From Candidatus Micrarchaeia archaeon (GTDB lineage Archaea; Micrarchaeota; Micrarchaeia; CAILAH01): 64,000 nt of DNA. The stretch spans positions 1-64,000 of the forward strand of contig JAVZCB010000003.1 of NCBI GenBank assembly GCA_038874595.1. Direction: 5' to 3'. Position 1 is the first letter of the stretch. Every line of letters begins with the position of its first letter. The notes below the pieces were generated by a model. That model saw nothing but the letters and a program-made list of their open reading frames with translations. It did not search any database and was not told the origin of the DNA. Positions 1-10,687 of this stretch are shown here, in pieces. A program made the position numbers and the translations under genes.

Positions 1-207
1 TACGCCTGTTTTTTCAAGCGCACTAAGTGATTTTTTTGGGAGCGTGCGCGCGATGTTTTTACTTATGATGATTTTTTTCACACGTGTTGCTTCAAGAAGG
101 AGGTACAGGATTTTTTTGCTGACCTTGCGCCTGATTATAAACTCCTCAGAAGCCCTATTATTATAAATTGTAGAAATTACTTCAGAGTTTTTGCCGTAAA
201 GCTCCAC
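1..207 (-). CDS. Partial small protein, possibly DUF1699-like (runs off the window start)
   Basis: Open frame read by hand from GTG at 207, just after the stop of the 434-aa gene: MELYGKNSEVISTIYNNRASEEFIIRRKVSKKILYLLLEATRVKKIIISKNIARTLPKKSLSALEKTGV; not in the ORF track because it is truncated. Confidence 0.55.
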   Translation of the reverse strand, partial: MELYGKNSEVISTIYNNRASEEFIIRRKVSKKILYLLLEATRVKKIIISKNIARTLPKKSLSALEKTGV

Positions 208-211
208 AGGA

Positions 212-1516
212 TTACTCTTTGAGATGCTCAAGGAACTCGCCACCTCTTCCGCTGCCTCCTTTTAGATAGGTATCAACAATACGGTAATCCTCCTCTATAT
301 CCTTGAAGTCAACACCAAAAACTTCCTTGAGTTTTCTTTTACCCTGATAGTGCGCAAACACAGCCAGCCCGATTTTCTTGCGCCCTGTGCCAAACGCATC
401 TTCAATCCTAAGTTTATTGTTGACCATTTCACTGGCTTTGATAATTCCTGCAAGACCGGATTTTTCAACAAGAGGCTGAAGCAGGGATGTGTCATCATCA
501 AAAGAGAACACACCCATCTCCCTTCTAGTTTCACGCGTGGTTAGCATAAGGAGCCTTATTAGGTCTATTGACATCTTTGAATAGGCATCTTTTGCATATT
601 CCCAGTAGCGCTTGCTTATTATCTCGTTAAGCTTTATGCTGAGGTCATCATCAAGGTACATTGTCCCTTTCTGGTCAAAATAAACGAGCATCTCTTTTTG
701 GAGCTCATCAATCATATCTTCACGTATATCCTGGTATGTATCAATCCTGACAATTTCTTTTATTCCGTATTTCCTAAGCACGCGCAGATATTTTTGCAGT
801 AGCTCGTGTTTCTCATCACCTTTATCTTCTGGAACAGAAACAGATGATGCCGAGTTGACCGCATACGCACAGGCAAGGACCTTCCTGTACGTTTTTGATG
901 AGAGAATACTCCTGTGCCGTGTTATGATTTTAGTTTTCACTATCTCTGCCTCTTTGCCATAATTCTCTGCGATGTAATCATCCAAGTCATTAACTTTGTA
1001 CAGCTGGAGCCGTTCGTACTTAACACCTTCTTCTGAAGGAAGCGCCACATCAACAGAAATCCCAAGCTGCTCAAGCTCTCCACTCAACAGTTCGTAAATA
1101 TCAAAGTATAGCCGCGCCGCAATTGCACCAACACGTGATATTCTCCACACAAGGTTCCCGTCATATGGCAGATAGCGGTATGCGTTACCAAGCGCCCCGC
1201 TCTTATAATGAATCAAAGCAACTTTGTACGAGGCCATCGCATTATCAACACGCCGCAGTGTGCTTTTTTTTAGGTATGCAACATATCTCATTTCCTTGAT
1301 TTGACGCTTTATTTCACTAATCTCACTGCGCGGTAGGTCCTGAATGTTCTGGGGCATACGCGGCATAAAGGACCTGTTGAACCCCTCTTCTATGAGGCGT
1401 TCCCTTATTTCAGAAAGCTCCTCAATCTTGCTTTCACAGTCATCCTCACCGCTAGGCAGCTCGTAATTTCCTAGAATGTTATTAACCAGCTTCACTTCTG
1501 CAAGCACTGAGCGCAT
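212..1516 (-). CDS. Conserved archaeal protein, DUF530-like
   Basis: 434-aa ORF; N-terminal helical region with GF..P, YLKK..L.RV..A and YLPYDG motifs recalled from DUF530. Confidence 0.6.
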   Translation of the reverse strand: MRSVLAEVKLVNNILGNYELPSGEDDCESKIEELSEIRERLIEEGFNRSFMPRMPQNIQDLPRSEISEIKRQIKEMRYVAYLKKSTLRRVDNAMASYKVALIHYKSGALGNAYRYLPYDGNLVWRISRVGAIAARLYFDIYELLSGELEQLGISVDVALPSEEGVKYERLQLYKVNDLDDYIAENYGKEAEIVKTKIITRHRSILSSKTYRKVLACAYAVNSASSVSVPEDKGDEKHELLQKYLRVLRKYGIKEIVRIDTYQDIREDMIDELQKEMLVYFDQKGTMYLDDDLSIKLNEIISKRYWEYAKDAYSKMSIDLIRLLMLTTRETRREMGVFSFDDDTSLLQPLVEKSGLAGIIKASEMVNNKLRIEDAFGTGRKKIGLAVFAHYQGKRKLKEVFGVDFKDIEEDYRIVDTYLKGGSGRGGEFLEHLKE

Positions 1517-1517
1517 T

Positions 1518-2429
1518 TTAACCGAGCATCATTTTATCCATATAACTTTTTATTACCTTTGTTTCAGCATTCTTGTTTTCTTTCTTGTGCCCGCTTCTCA
1601 GCGCACTCCACAAAAAGTATAGCGCAATCGCCCACAATGGGAATACAAAAAAGCTCTCAATGAATATTGCAGCAATCAGTGAGACTGCGAGAAGAGGGCT
1701 TGTTGAGTACAGCAATTTTGTGAAAATCAGTATACACCATACAGCAATGAACAGCAACCCAAAGCCAAACGTCTCTGTTTTATGTTTCATTGCAATACTG
1801 AAAGAATTGTTAATTGCATCACGCACACGCGCACCCAGGACGAGCACCTCATACTCCACATATTGGAAAACCGGATAAAGGAGTATCCATAGTGCAAATC
1901 CAAGAAACAGAGTCAGCGGCAGGAATATAAGCGGCCATGTAAGCAGCTTTTCCACAGTAAGCCTGCCTGTATCTGTAATTCTCTCCTTTATTATGTCCCC
2001 TCCAACGGCAATGAATACGATAAACGGCAGGAATAGGACGATTACCAGGCAAAACCTAAATACTATAATCTTGGCAATTCCAGGGATGCTTTCCCTTATA
2101 GATCCAAGGATACTTTGCTCATCATTGTTAACTATCTTGTGCACAAGGTATATCAGTGCAGCAAGTGGTATTATAGAGAATGAGCTCACAACAACAGCAA
2201 TAATCTCTTTCCCAAGGGCTCCAAGGTATAGCCTGCAGAATAGCAGCGAGAGTATGTAATTGTCACTCAGGCATGCCACATCCTTGTATATATCAAGTGC
2301 ATACCAGCAGATGCTGTATGTTATCACTGCAATGAAAAACAGCACGCAGAACGGGAGCACCTGCATCAAGTGGCTATTGATAAAATTCACAGCATTTTGC
2401 AGGCACCTTCCAACCAGCTCCAAACCCAT
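1518..2429 (-). CDS. Hypothetical integral membrane protein (about 6 TM)
   Basis: 303-aa ORF with multiple hydrophobic segments; stop abuts the start of the next gene. Confidence 0.7.
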   Translation of the reverse strand: MGLELVGRCLQNAVNFINSHLMQVLPFCVLFFIAVITYSICWYALDIYKDVACLSDNYILSLLFCRLYLGALGKEIIAVVVSSFSIIPLAALIYLVHKIVNNDEQSILGSIRESIPGIAKIIVFRFCLVIVLFLPFIVFIAVGGDIIKERITDTGRLTVEKLLTWPLIFLPLTLFLGFALWILLYPVFQYVEYEVLVLGARVRDAINNSFSIAMKHKTETFGFGLLFIAVWCILIFTKLLYSTSPLLAVSLIAAIFIESFFVFPLWAIALYFLWSALRSGHKKENKNAETKVIKSYMDKMMLG

Positions 2430-2481
2430 AATATACCTTTACGTGTAAAGGTTTTATTAGTTATGTGTCCCAATTCAGAAT

Positions 2482-2709
2482 ATGAGTTATAAGTGCACGA
2501 TTGAGATTACACCGGCAGACCCGGAGGCGGTGGCGCGCGCACTGTCAACAGGTGAATCTTACGACAGGAGTTCCATCACTGTTGATGTGGAAGGGGAGAA
2601 GGTTTTTATTAGAATCATTGCTAAGGATATAACAGCACTGCGGGCAGCAGTGAATGATTACCTCCGGCTTGCCCGCGTGTGCGAATCCTTGCCGGGAGCT
2701 GACTCCTGA
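2482..2709 (+). CDS. pcc1: KEOPS complex subunit Pcc1
   Basis: 75 aa with I.AKDITALRAAVNDYLRL motif; typical position upstream of prefoldin beta. Confidence 0.9.
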   Translation: MSYKCTIEITPADPEAVARALSTGESYDRSSITVDVEGEKVFIRIIAKDITALRAAVNDYLRLARVCESLPGADS

Positions 2710-2738
2710 GCATTGTATCATACTTAAAGGTGTTATTG

Positions 2739-3086
2739 ATGAGCAACGAAATGAGTTCTTCGCTGGCTGAGCTCCAGGAGCTCCAGTCCAAGATACAGGC
2801 TACTATGATTGAGAAGCAGCAGCTGATGATACAGCAGAGTGATATCGACCGCGCGCTGCAATCCCTGAAAGAAGTACAGGGCAAGACTTACGAGATGATA
2901 GGGACAATCCTGGTTGAAAGAAGCAAGGAAGACATTGAAAAAGGGCTGCTTGACAGGAAACAGCTTATAGATTTAAGGCTTGAGAGCCTTGACAAGAATG
3001 AGAGGATGTTCCGTTCCAGGATGAAGGCAATCGCAGAGAAGTTCGAAGGCATGCAAAAGTCCCAGCAAGGTAATGAACGAAGATAG
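2739..3086 (+). CDS. pfdB: Prefoldin subunit beta
   Basis: Coiled coil, TYEMIGTILVE hairpin, coiled coil; follows pcc1. Confidence 0.9.
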   Translation: MSNEMSSSLAELQELQSKIQATMIEKQQLMIQQSDIDRALQSLKEVQGKTYEMIGTILVERSKEDIEKGLLDRKQLIDLRLESLDKNERMFRSRMKAIAEKFEGMQKSQQGNERR

Positions 3087-3088
3087 GT

Positions 3089-4075
3089 GTGGCTGTGGTT
3101 GCCGCTCAGCCCCAACCATCAATAGGCTTAAGGCAGCTTTATGATTTTCTATTGCAGCAGGGCCAATTTACTGTAACTTCCCATTTTCTTGCAGATGTAG
3201 ATGGTGCATGCAGCGCGTTTCTGCTGAAATCGCTTTTCCCACAGGCGCAGGTTGTTTTCTTTGATAGGCCCTCCCGGGAGGCGCGAAAGGTCTGTGATGC
3301 ATATGGCCTAGAGTATAAGGTATCTCTGCTTATCGACCCCCAACACACTGTTCTTGTTGATGTTGATGACCCTCTTCTTATCCCACCATTGCACCACAAG
3401 AAATACCTGGCATTAATTGACCATCACTATTCAAAGAAATTAAATGCGGAATTCCGGCTCAGTGACCATACGGCACCATCAACAACATACCTGATATATC
3501 TAATGATGAAGGCGGCAGGTGTGGCGCCATCAAGGAAGCAGGCCGAGATGATACTGCTAGGTATACTTGCAGATACAAACAGGTTCAAAAGTGTTGAGAA
3601 CACAGGCATTTTTGCGGATGTTGCGGTATTGTTTGATACTGCAGGTAAAAGCTATGACTCATTATTATCTTTGCTCACGACCACTTCAATGTCGTCATCG
3701 GAACGGCTTGTGTTTGTGCGCTCGTTCAAGGATTTTCGAATTCTCCGCTCTGCAAGGGATGACCTCTTGTTTATAATAACAGACTGTGCATCTTTCCAGT
3801 CTCTCGTTGCAGACCGCCTTATTGAGTGTATGGAGGTAGATTTCGGGCTTGCATATGCGCGTGTAGGGAACGAGGTCCGTGTTTCGCTTCGCTCATCCCC
3901 GCGCCTTGCGCTTCATCTAGGAACATTTGCATCGGCACTTGCATCGCGGCTCGGCGGCTCAGGTGGAGGGCATAAGCACGCAGCCGGCTTGAATCTTCCT
4001 CCTATTTCAGGCAAGAAAATTGAAGAAGAAGCAATACGTCTCCTTAAGGAAACGTTCCCGCTCAAGGAGCACTAA
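3089..4075 (+). CDS. DHH/DHHA1 family phosphoesterase
   Basis: H..ADVDG, LVD, IDHH, GILADT and SGGGH..AAG motifs. Confidence 0.9.
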   Translation: MAVVAAQPQPSIGLRQLYDFLLQQGQFTVTSHFLADVDGACSAFLLKSLFPQAQVVFFDRPSREARKVCDAYGLEYKVSLLIDPQHTVLVDVDDPLLIPPLHHKKYLALIDHHYSKKLNAEFRLSDHTAPSTTYLIYLMMKAAGVAPSRKQAEMILLGILADTNRFKSVENTGIFADVAVLFDTAGKSYDSLLSLLTTTSMSSSERLVFVRSFKDFRILRSARDDLLFIITDCASFQSLVADRLIECMEVDFGLAYARVGNEVRVSLRSSPRLALHLGTFASALASRLGGSGGGHKHAAGLNLPPISGKKIEEEAIRLLKETFPLKEH

Positions 4076-4199
4076 AATTCTAGCTGAAGGATTTTCCGGC
4101 ACAGCTTGTGTCTGCACAGGAGCGTTTACTGTTTTTTCCCTATTTGAACGTTTTGTTTCATAATTAACTTGTATAAACATTATTTTCCTGAACTCAACT

Positions 4200-5411
4200 A
4201 TGATGACCAAGAAGCTTATTGTGTGTGCAACCCCGAGCGGTGAAAAGCTCGGAGAGAAGGTGTGCAGCGAGCTTACAAAAATAGCCCGCCGTGAGTTTGA
4301 AAGGTACAAGGACGCAGATGCCAACAGTATTGAGCGCCAGGTTTCAACAATAATCTCCCACCTGTTTCAGTACAATTCCAAGGTTTTTAAGAGAGATGAT
4401 TTTTCGCTTTGGCCGGTTGAAGCGAATTATTTCAAAAGCGGTGAGATGAAGCCCGTAATAAAGGAGAGTGTGCGCGGTGCGGAGGTTTTCCTGATACATT
4501 GTTCCTATGTTCCGCGGACACCTCTTGAAACAAAAGTGAAGATGCTCGAAGCAGCAGCCACATCAGAAGAAAGGATGGCCCTGCTCAAAGCGTTTGAGAA
4601 TGAGAAAACCGTGCTTGAGAATGACCATATAGCAGAGTTTTATATTGATGCACTCAAGGTGGACGGTGGTGCCGACCGTGTATGCCTGATTTCACCATTT
4701 TATGGTAATGCACGGCAGGACCATCGCAGGACGCGTGAGGGGCTCACCGCGCGTACCCAAATTACACTGTTTGAGGCAGTGGGTGCTGACTCATTCTTTT
4801 TTGTTGACTTGCACTCCCAGAGCATTGTGGGCTTCACGCGCAAGCACGCAGATAATGTCTATCCAACTTCAGAGCTTGTTGATGAGTTCAAGAGGCAGTT
4901 TCCGGAATATATGAATAATTTCGTTATGATACCACCGGATGCGGGTGCGTTCAAGCGTTCAGAGCACATTAGCAAGAAATACACACACCTACGGCTCAGC
5001 CCGGCACTTAAAGTGCGTGATTATTCAACAAGCAACAAGGTCGATATGATCATTGTTACAGAGCCTTCCCTTGTTGCAGGCAAGAACGTTGTTATTTTTG
5101 AAGATATTGTTGACACTGCCGGCACGGTAACAAAACTGATAACCGAGCTGTGCGAGAAGTACCACTGTAGGGGCGTTGTAGTGGTTGCACCACACCTGCT
5201 GTTAAGCGATAAAGGGCTTGAGAACATAGATTTAGTTTACGATAAGGGATATCTTCTGAAGCTGATAACCACGGACTCGGTACCGCGTCCTCCTGGATTT
5301 GAAAACGAGCACAAATGGTACTCCCAGATATCCATGGCACCGAAACTTGCGAGCATTATATATAATATGTATATGAAGCAGGGCATCGGGGATGTGCATA
5401 TGCAGGATTAG
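4200..5411 (+). CDS. prs: Ribose-phosphate pyrophosphokinase with insertions
   Basis: F.SGE, ESVRG, PFYGNARQD, DLHS, PDAGA and EDIVDTAGT motifs. Confidence 0.9.
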   Translation: MMTKKLIVCATPSGEKLGEKVCSELTKIARREFERYKDADANSIERQVSTIISHLFQYNSKVFKRDDFSLWPVEANYFKSGEMKPVIKESVRGAEVFLIHCSYVPRTPLETKVKMLEAAATSEERMALLKAFENEKTVLENDHIAEFYIDALKVDGGADRVCLISPFYGNARQDHRRTREGLTARTQITLFEAVGADSFFFVDLHSQSIVGFTRKHADNVYPTSELVDEFKRQFPEYMNNFVMIPPDAGAFKRSEHISKKYTHLRLSPALKVRDYSTSNKVDMIIVTEPSLVAGKNVVIFEDIVDTAGTVTKLITELCEKYHCRGVVVVAPHLLLSDKGLENIDLVYDKGYLLKLITTDSVPRPPGFENEHKWYSQISMAPKLASIIYNMYMKQGIGDVHMQD

Positions 5412-5479
5412 GTGGATGGATATACTATAAGGTAAGGCGAGAGTAGCTCATGTTGGGAATGTGCATATGCAGGATTAGG
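5388..5479 (+). repeat. Direct repeat duplicating the prs 3' end
   Basis: ATGTGCATATGCAGGATTAGG at 5392-5412 and 5459-5479 (25 bp with one mismatch when extended), 67-bp period. Confidence 0.9.
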
Positions 5480-5574
5480 CAGTGCCTCTCAGTAAGAGCA
5501 TAAATCTGGTCATTAAGGCAATTGACGAATAGAGTTTCGATATGTTTTTAAATGTTAAGTGGGTGAATAGCCCC

Positions 5575-6273
5575 ATGGAGAAGCGTTACGAGCAGCTGGC
5601 GCACAACATAGCCAGTGAGATAGTGTTCTCAAATTCCCCTGGAAAAACAATGAAAAAATGGAGAGAGCTCTTTGGGGTATCACAGATAGAGCTGAGCGCT
5701 TTTCTTGGGATAAGCTCCTCAACAATAAGCGACTATGAGGGGGAGCGCAGAAAAAACCCTGGAATCTCCGTTATCAAGCGGTTTGTAACTGCGCTTGTGG
5801 AGATTGACCTATCAAAAGGCGGCTCGGTTGTAAGCAGGTATGCGCGCGAGATGCCTGAGAGCGATTTCTTTTATGTGCACGAGTTTGCGAGCTCACTGAG
5901 CGGTGTTGATTTCATGAAGCTCGTGGGTGGCAAGGCAATTGCAAACGAGGAGATGCTTGAGCGCACTCGCGTTTACGGATATACCTTCATAAAATCAATC
6001 CATGCGATTATGGAGATGCAGGCATCGGATTTCCCAAAGCTGTTTGGGAATGCAAAGGAGAGGGCGTTCATATTCACGGATGTGAGCACGGGCCGCTCAC
6101 CTATGGTTGTTATTAGGGTGCACCCTATAAAGCCATCGCTTGTTGTCCTGCATAACCTTGATGAGAGCAAGGTTGACAAGCTTGCAGTGGCGCTTGCACA
6201 GAAAGAGCGTATCCCTCTTATACTAACAAGCGCGCCCATTGATGAGATTGAGGCCGCGCTCAAGAAATTATAG
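5575..6273 (+). CDS. XRE-family HTH transcriptional regulator (COG1709-like)
   Basis: [37 protein letters not shown] and [13 protein letters not shown] motif; heads the HMG-CoA synthase operon. Confidence 0.85.
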   Translation: MEKRYEQLAHNIASEIVFSNSPGKTMKKWRELFGVSQIELSAFLGISSSTISDYEGERRKNPGISVIKRFVTALVEIDLSKGGSVVSRYAREMPESDFFYVHEFASSLSGVDFMKLVGGKAIANEEMLERTRVYGYTFIKSIHAIMEMQASDFPKLFGNAKERAFIFTDVSTGRSPMVVIRVHPIKPSLVVLHNLDESKVDKLAVALAQKERIPLILTSAPIDEIEAALKKL

Positions 6274-6295
6274 TAGGCCGGAAGGTGTTTATAGT

Positions 6296-7339
6296 ATGGC
6301 AGGCTCGATTGGAATTGTAGGTTATGGTGTTGATGTCCCGCGCTATCGCATCAAGGCGGGCGAGATTGCGCGTGTGTGGGGTGAGGAGGAGAGCAGGATA
6401 GTAAACGGTCTCGGCCTTTCTGAGAAATCCGTCCCAGCGCTCGACCAGGATGCTGCAACACTCGCTGTTGAGGCTGCTAGGCGCGCCGTGCAGCACGCAG
6501 GGATAAACCCGCAATTGATTAATTCAATCTTTGTAGGGTCTGAATCCCATCCTTATGCAGTAAAGCCGACAGCAACAATCGTTGCTGAGGCGATAAACGC
6601 GGCGCCAATCTTATTCGCTGCAGACCACGAGTTTGCATGCAAGGCAGGCACCGCTTCACTTATCAACTCGTACGCATTATTGAAAGCCGGAGAGATTGAA
6701 TATGGCCTTGGGATTGGCACAGACACTTCACAGGGCAGGCCCGGTGATGCGCTTGAGTACAGCGCAGGTGCAGGTGCAGGCGCATTCATTGTGGGCAAGA
6801 AGGATGTGATTGCTGAGATTAGCGGCATTTATGCATACACAACTGACACGCCAGACTTCTGGAGGCGTGAGCATGCGATATACCCATCACACGGCGGCAG
6901 GTTTACGGGTGTCCCCGGGTATTTCAGGCACGTGCAGAACGGTGCAAAAGGGATAATGGAGAAGATGGGCACCAAGCCATCTGATTATACGTATGCAGTG
7001 TTCCACCAGCCGAACGGCAAGTTCCCGCGTGCAGTTGCCAAACAGCTCGGGTTTACGCATGAGCAGATTGCACCCGGCCTTGTAACGCCGCTGATTGGCA
7101 ACACGTATTCAGCCGCCTCAATGATAGGCCTGGCAGCAACGCTTGATGTTGCAAAACCCGGTGACAAAATCCTTGTCACTTCGTTCGGTTCAGGGGCTGG
7201 CAGTGATGCGCTCCATATAGAGGTAACCGACAAGATTCTTGAGAAAAGGAACCCCGTTCCGGTGCATGAAGTGATAAAGCACAAGATTTACATTGATTAT
7301 GGCACGTATGCAAAGCACAGGAAAAAGCTCATAATGTAA
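6296..7339 (+). CDS. Hydroxymethylglutaryl-CoA synthase (archaeal type)
   Basis: [27 protein letters not shown] and SFGSGAG motifs. Confidence 0.95.
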   Translation: MAGSIGIVGYGVDVPRYRIKAGEIARVWGEEESRIVNGLGLSEKSVPALDQDAATLAVEAARRAVQHAGINPQLINSIFVGSESHPYAVKPTATIVAEAINAAPILFAADHEFACKAGTASLINSYALLKAGEIEYGLGIGTDTSQGRPGDALEYSAGAGAGAFIVGKKDVIAEISGIYAYTTDTPDFWRREHAIYPSHGGRFTGVPGYFRHVQNGAKGIMEKMGTKPSDYTYAVFHQPNGKFPRAVAKQLGFTHEQIAPGLVTPLIGNTYSAASMIGLAATLDVAKPGDKILVTSFGSGAGSDALHIEVTDKILEKRNPVPVHEVIKHKIYIDYGTYAKHRKKLIM

Positions 7340-7348
7340 AGAGGTGTT

Positions 7349-8518
7349 ATGATTATGCGTAAAGTTGCAGTTGTTGGAGTAGGCATGAGCAAGTTTGGCG
7401 AGCTGTGGGACGTTAGCCTCCGTGACCTAGTCGTGCAGGCGGGTGTTGAAGCAATACGTGATGCAAACCTGGAAGGGTCTGAGATACAGGCACTCTACGG
7501 TGGCACGATGGCATCAGGCAGGCTGATAGGGCAGGAGCACGTTGCCGCACTCATTGCAGATGCGATGGGTCTGAACCCGCTTCCCGCAACGCGTGTTGAG
7601 GGCGCGTGCGCATCAGGGAGCCTGGCATTTCGTAATGCATATTTTGCTGTTGCGTCAGGTGCATATAACGTTGTAGTGGTTGGCGGTGTTGAGAAGATGA
7701 CTGATGCAACCACTGCAGAGGCGGTTACTGCACTTGGAGGTGCAGGTGACCAGGAATGGGAGCTCTTGCAGGGTGCAACGTTTCCTGGGTTGTATGCACT
7801 TATGGCTCGCCGGCATATGACTGAGTACGGCACGACCGAGGAGATGATGGCTGCTGCAGCGGTGAAAAACCACCACAACGCAACGTTTAACAAGTATGCG
7901 CAGTTCAAGGAAAAGATTACCATTGAGGATGTGCTGAAATCAAAGAAGGTTGCTGACCCACTCAAGGTGCTTGACTGCTCCCCAATCACTGATGGCGCAG
8001 CTGCAGTTGTGCTGATGGATATTGATACTGCAAAAAAGCACACAGATAATTATGTTGAGGTAGCTGCAAGTGCACAGGCAAGCGATACACTTGCGCTGCA
8101 CGATAGGAAATCTCTCACAGAGTTGCGTGCAGCACAGATTGCCGCAAAAGAGGCATATGCACAGGCAGGCATAACACCTGACAAGATAGATGTTGCTGAA
8201 GTGCACGACTGCTTTACGATTGCAGAGATAATGGCAATTGAAGACCTCGGCTTCTTCCCGAAGGGCAAGGGCGGGCCTGCAACGCTCAACGGCGAGACGT
8301 CGCTTACAGGTACAATACCAGTGAACACCTCGGGAGGGCTGAAAGCGTGCGGTCACCCTGTAGGGGCAACAGGCGTAAAGCAGATTGTTGAGGTTACATG
8401 GCAGCTGCGTGGGCAGGCTGAGGGCCGGCAGGTGAAGGATGCGCAGTATGGGCTCACACACAATGTTGGTGGTTCGGGTGCAACGTGTGTAGTGCACATA
8501 CTCAAGAAGCCGAATTAG
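7349..8518 (+). CDS. Acetyl-CoA C-acetyltransferase (thiolase)
   Basis: EGACASG, EVHDCF, SGGLKACGHPVGATG and HNVGG motifs. Confidence 0.95.
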   Translation: MIMRKVAVVGVGMSKFGELWDVSLRDLVVQAGVEAIRDANLEGSEIQALYGGTMASGRLIGQEHVAALIADAMGLNPLPATRVEGACASGSLAFRNAYFAVASGAYNVVVVGGVEKMTDATTAEAVTALGGAGDQEWELLQGATFPGLYALMARRHMTEYGTTEEMMAAAAVKNHHNATFNKYAQFKEKITIEDVLKSKKVADPLKVLDCSPITDGAAAVVLMDIDTAKKHTDNYVEVAASAQASDTLALHDRKSLTELRAAQIAAKEAYAQAGITPDKIDVAEVHDCFTIAEIMAIEDLGFFPKGKGGPATLNGETSLTGTIPVNTSGGLKACGHPVGATGVKQIVEVTWQLRGQAEGRQVKDAQYGLTHNVGGSGATCVVHILKKPN

Positions 8519-8532
8519 AAGGGGATGATATT

Positions 8533-8937
8533 ATGAAGCCAGGATTACCATTGCTTTGGAGAAAGACAAGAGAGAGGTATAACCTTGTTGGCACCAAATG
8601 TGAAGTGTGCGGCACATACTATATGCCCGAGAGGAAGATCTGCGCAAAGTGCAGGAGGAAAGGAAAGATTGTGCCGTATACGTTTAGCGGCAGGGGTAAG
8701 ATATTCACATACACCGTTATACGCGTTGCACCGGAGAATTATGAGTTTTTTGTCCCGTACGTGCTTGCAATAATCGACCTTGAAGAGGGTGTCCGCATAA
8801 CTGGGCAGGTAGTTGATGTCAATCCTGATGAAGTAAAGGTAGGCCAGCCAGTTGAGATGGTGTTCAGGAAAATCCACGAGGATAATCCTGAAGGCCTAAT
8901 CACATACGGGTTCAAGTTTAGGCCGGTCCAGCCCTGA
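8533..8937 (+). CDS. DUF35 Zn-ribbon/OB-fold scaffold of the thiolase/HMGS complex
   Basis: C..CG......R.IC..C zinc ribbon plus OB fold, ends YGFKFRP; follows thiolase. Confidence 0.92.
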   Translation: MKPGLPLLWRKTRERYNLVGTKCEVCGTYYMPERKICAKCRRKGKIVPYTFSGRGKIFTYTVIRVAPENYEFFVPYVLAIIDLEEGVRITGQVVDVNPDEVKVGQPVEMVFRKIHEDNPEGLITYGFKFRPVQP

Positions 8938-8983
8938 TTTTGTTTTCTTGCTTTTCATTAAAATTGGGAGAAGAAAGGAATAT

Positions 8984-9928
8984 TCAAATCATAGCAACGG
9001 TGATTAGGAGCAGCAGCCACCATCCGATGAAAGATAGCAGTATGAGTGGGCCGTGCATCTTAACCTTGCTCCTCTCGGTTTTCTCATCAGGCTTTGGGTT
9101 TACCAATAATACCAGCCCAAGTGCAAGCACCACGAGCACTCCAAGCAATACTGATTTCATTGTGCCCATTATGCTTGCAGGGTTCTGTGAGTATATCAGC
9201 AGCCAGGTTGCTACTGTGATGATAACACCTGCAATGAGTACTGGCCTGGTTGCATAGTAAATGCTAACCGCTTTTGGGCTTGTTTTTCCAGGGCGTGATA
9301 GCACAGCACCGCTCAAGAACGTTACTGAAACTGCACCAAGCGCGAGCACAATCCCTGCAATGTGCAGGAACACCATCACAATATCCTTTCCAAAAAAGAC
9401 CTGTTTCATAGGGGGTATTAGCAGTACTGCGTTGATAACTTCATTTGGCGGGAATTCCTCTTTCTCACCTATAATAAGCGTATACTTTCCGATGTTTTCC
9501 CCGTTATACACTTTTACATAATATATGCCAGGTTGCAGGTATGCCTTGTAGCTTGGCCCTGAGAGGTACCAGTCACCCCCAAACGGCTCAAACCACTGGC
9601 CCCATCCGGATTGGTTCTCATATGCAAATGCAAACGGCTGTTTTGATGAGTTGAGGATTTCAATTGAGAACCTTTTTGCCTCATTGGGTGCAAGCGGCGA
9701 GTTTACCTGTACGAATAGCTCAAAAGGGTCTTTTGCCACAATAATGTAATAATCAGGCTTGCCAGATAGCTCACCATAGTATGCCTTTGAAACTTCAGGC
9801 GCAATAACATTGTATGGGTTCTCAAGCGTAAGGTTGTACCCTATCACAAAACGGGGCTGATGGGCAAAAGCCGTTGCAAAAAGCAGCAATGCAATAATTG
9901 GGATGTACCATATCTTCATATAGCTCAC
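8984..9928 (-). CDS. Exported-domain membrane protein
   Basis: Signal peptide (..ATAFA/HQP), beta-rich domain (WFEPFGG, PGIYYVKVY..GKYTL.IG..E.F), about 4 C-terminal TM helices. Confidence 0.7.
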   Translation of the reverse strand: MSYMKIWYIPIIALLLFATAFAHQPRFVIGYNLTLENPYNVIAPEVSKAYYGELSGKPDYYIIVAKDPFELFVQVNSPLAPNEAKRFSIEILNSSKQPFAFAYENQSGWGQWFEPFGGDWYLSGPSYKAYLQPGIYYVKVYNGENIGKYTLIIGEKEEFPPNEVINAVLLIPPMKQVFFGKDIVMVFLHIAGIVLALGAVSVTFLSGAVLSRPGKTSPKAVSIYYATRPVLIAGVIITVATWLLIYSQNPASIMGTMKSVLLGVLVVLALGLVLLVNPKPDEKTERSKVKMHGPLILLSFIGWWLLLLITVAMI

Positions 9929-10046
9929 TCCAGAATTAATTTAGCCATAATACTTAAAATACTTAAATAAGTTGGTAGAAAGCACCTGGTGCCGAAGATA
10001 GATTTATTTAATTTAATTGCAAAGGGTACTAATTGGAGTGGTTGCT

Positions 10047-10610
10047 ATGTACAAGCAGGCAAACGGGCCTAAAATGCACTTTAGGCGTTCAAGTGACGTG
10101 TGTTCGTGCAAACAGCAGGATGAGCGGATTGAGTTTAAGAAGTTCTTCTCGGATGAGAAGATGATTTCAGGCCTTGTATCTGAAGACAGAATTACTGTGC
10201 TCACCTCGTGCAGCAGCCTTCTGAAACAGATAAAACTTGAGCATCAACTATCCTCTTGCGAAAGGGCTCTCTTTTGTGAAATTGATAAAATACTTTTTGA
10301 AGAGCAGGCACTTTCTTCGAGAGATTTTATAGGGTCTTCCAATGCAAATGGGGGGGAGTTAACCAAGGAGAGTAAGCTTATACTTCTTAACTTTATTGCG
10401 GATTTTAGCAAAAAAAGGGATATTCTCAGAGAAACGGCAGCAAACTCTCTTGATAATGAGATTGCGAGTGCAGCGGTGTGGGGGCTTTATCGTATGAATG
10501 ACATTGAAGGCCTTTATTTTATATCGGAGAACGCCGTACTTGACATAACAAAAAAATATGCACAGATAGCAATTTACAAATTTGAGCAAAAAAATAAGCG
10601 CCATGCTTAA
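10047..10610 (+). CDS. Hypothetical protein, helical C-terminus
   Basis: ORF with SD-like GGAGTGG upstream; no recognised family. Confidence 0.5.
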   Translation: MYKQANGPKMHFRRSSDVCSCKQQDERIEFKKFFSDEKMISGLVSEDRITVLTSCSSLLKQIKLEHQLSSCERALFCEIDKILFEEQALSSRDFIGSSNANGGELTKESKLILLNFIADFSKKRDILRETAANSLDNEIASAAVWGLYRMNDIEGLYFISENAVLDITKKYAQIAIYKFEQKNKRHA

Positions 10611-10687
10611 ATTGCATTACTTTTTTGATAGTGTGGTTTTTTTTGGTTTTTATATCTTTTTAGCCTAATTATCTTGGTGAAATTTGA

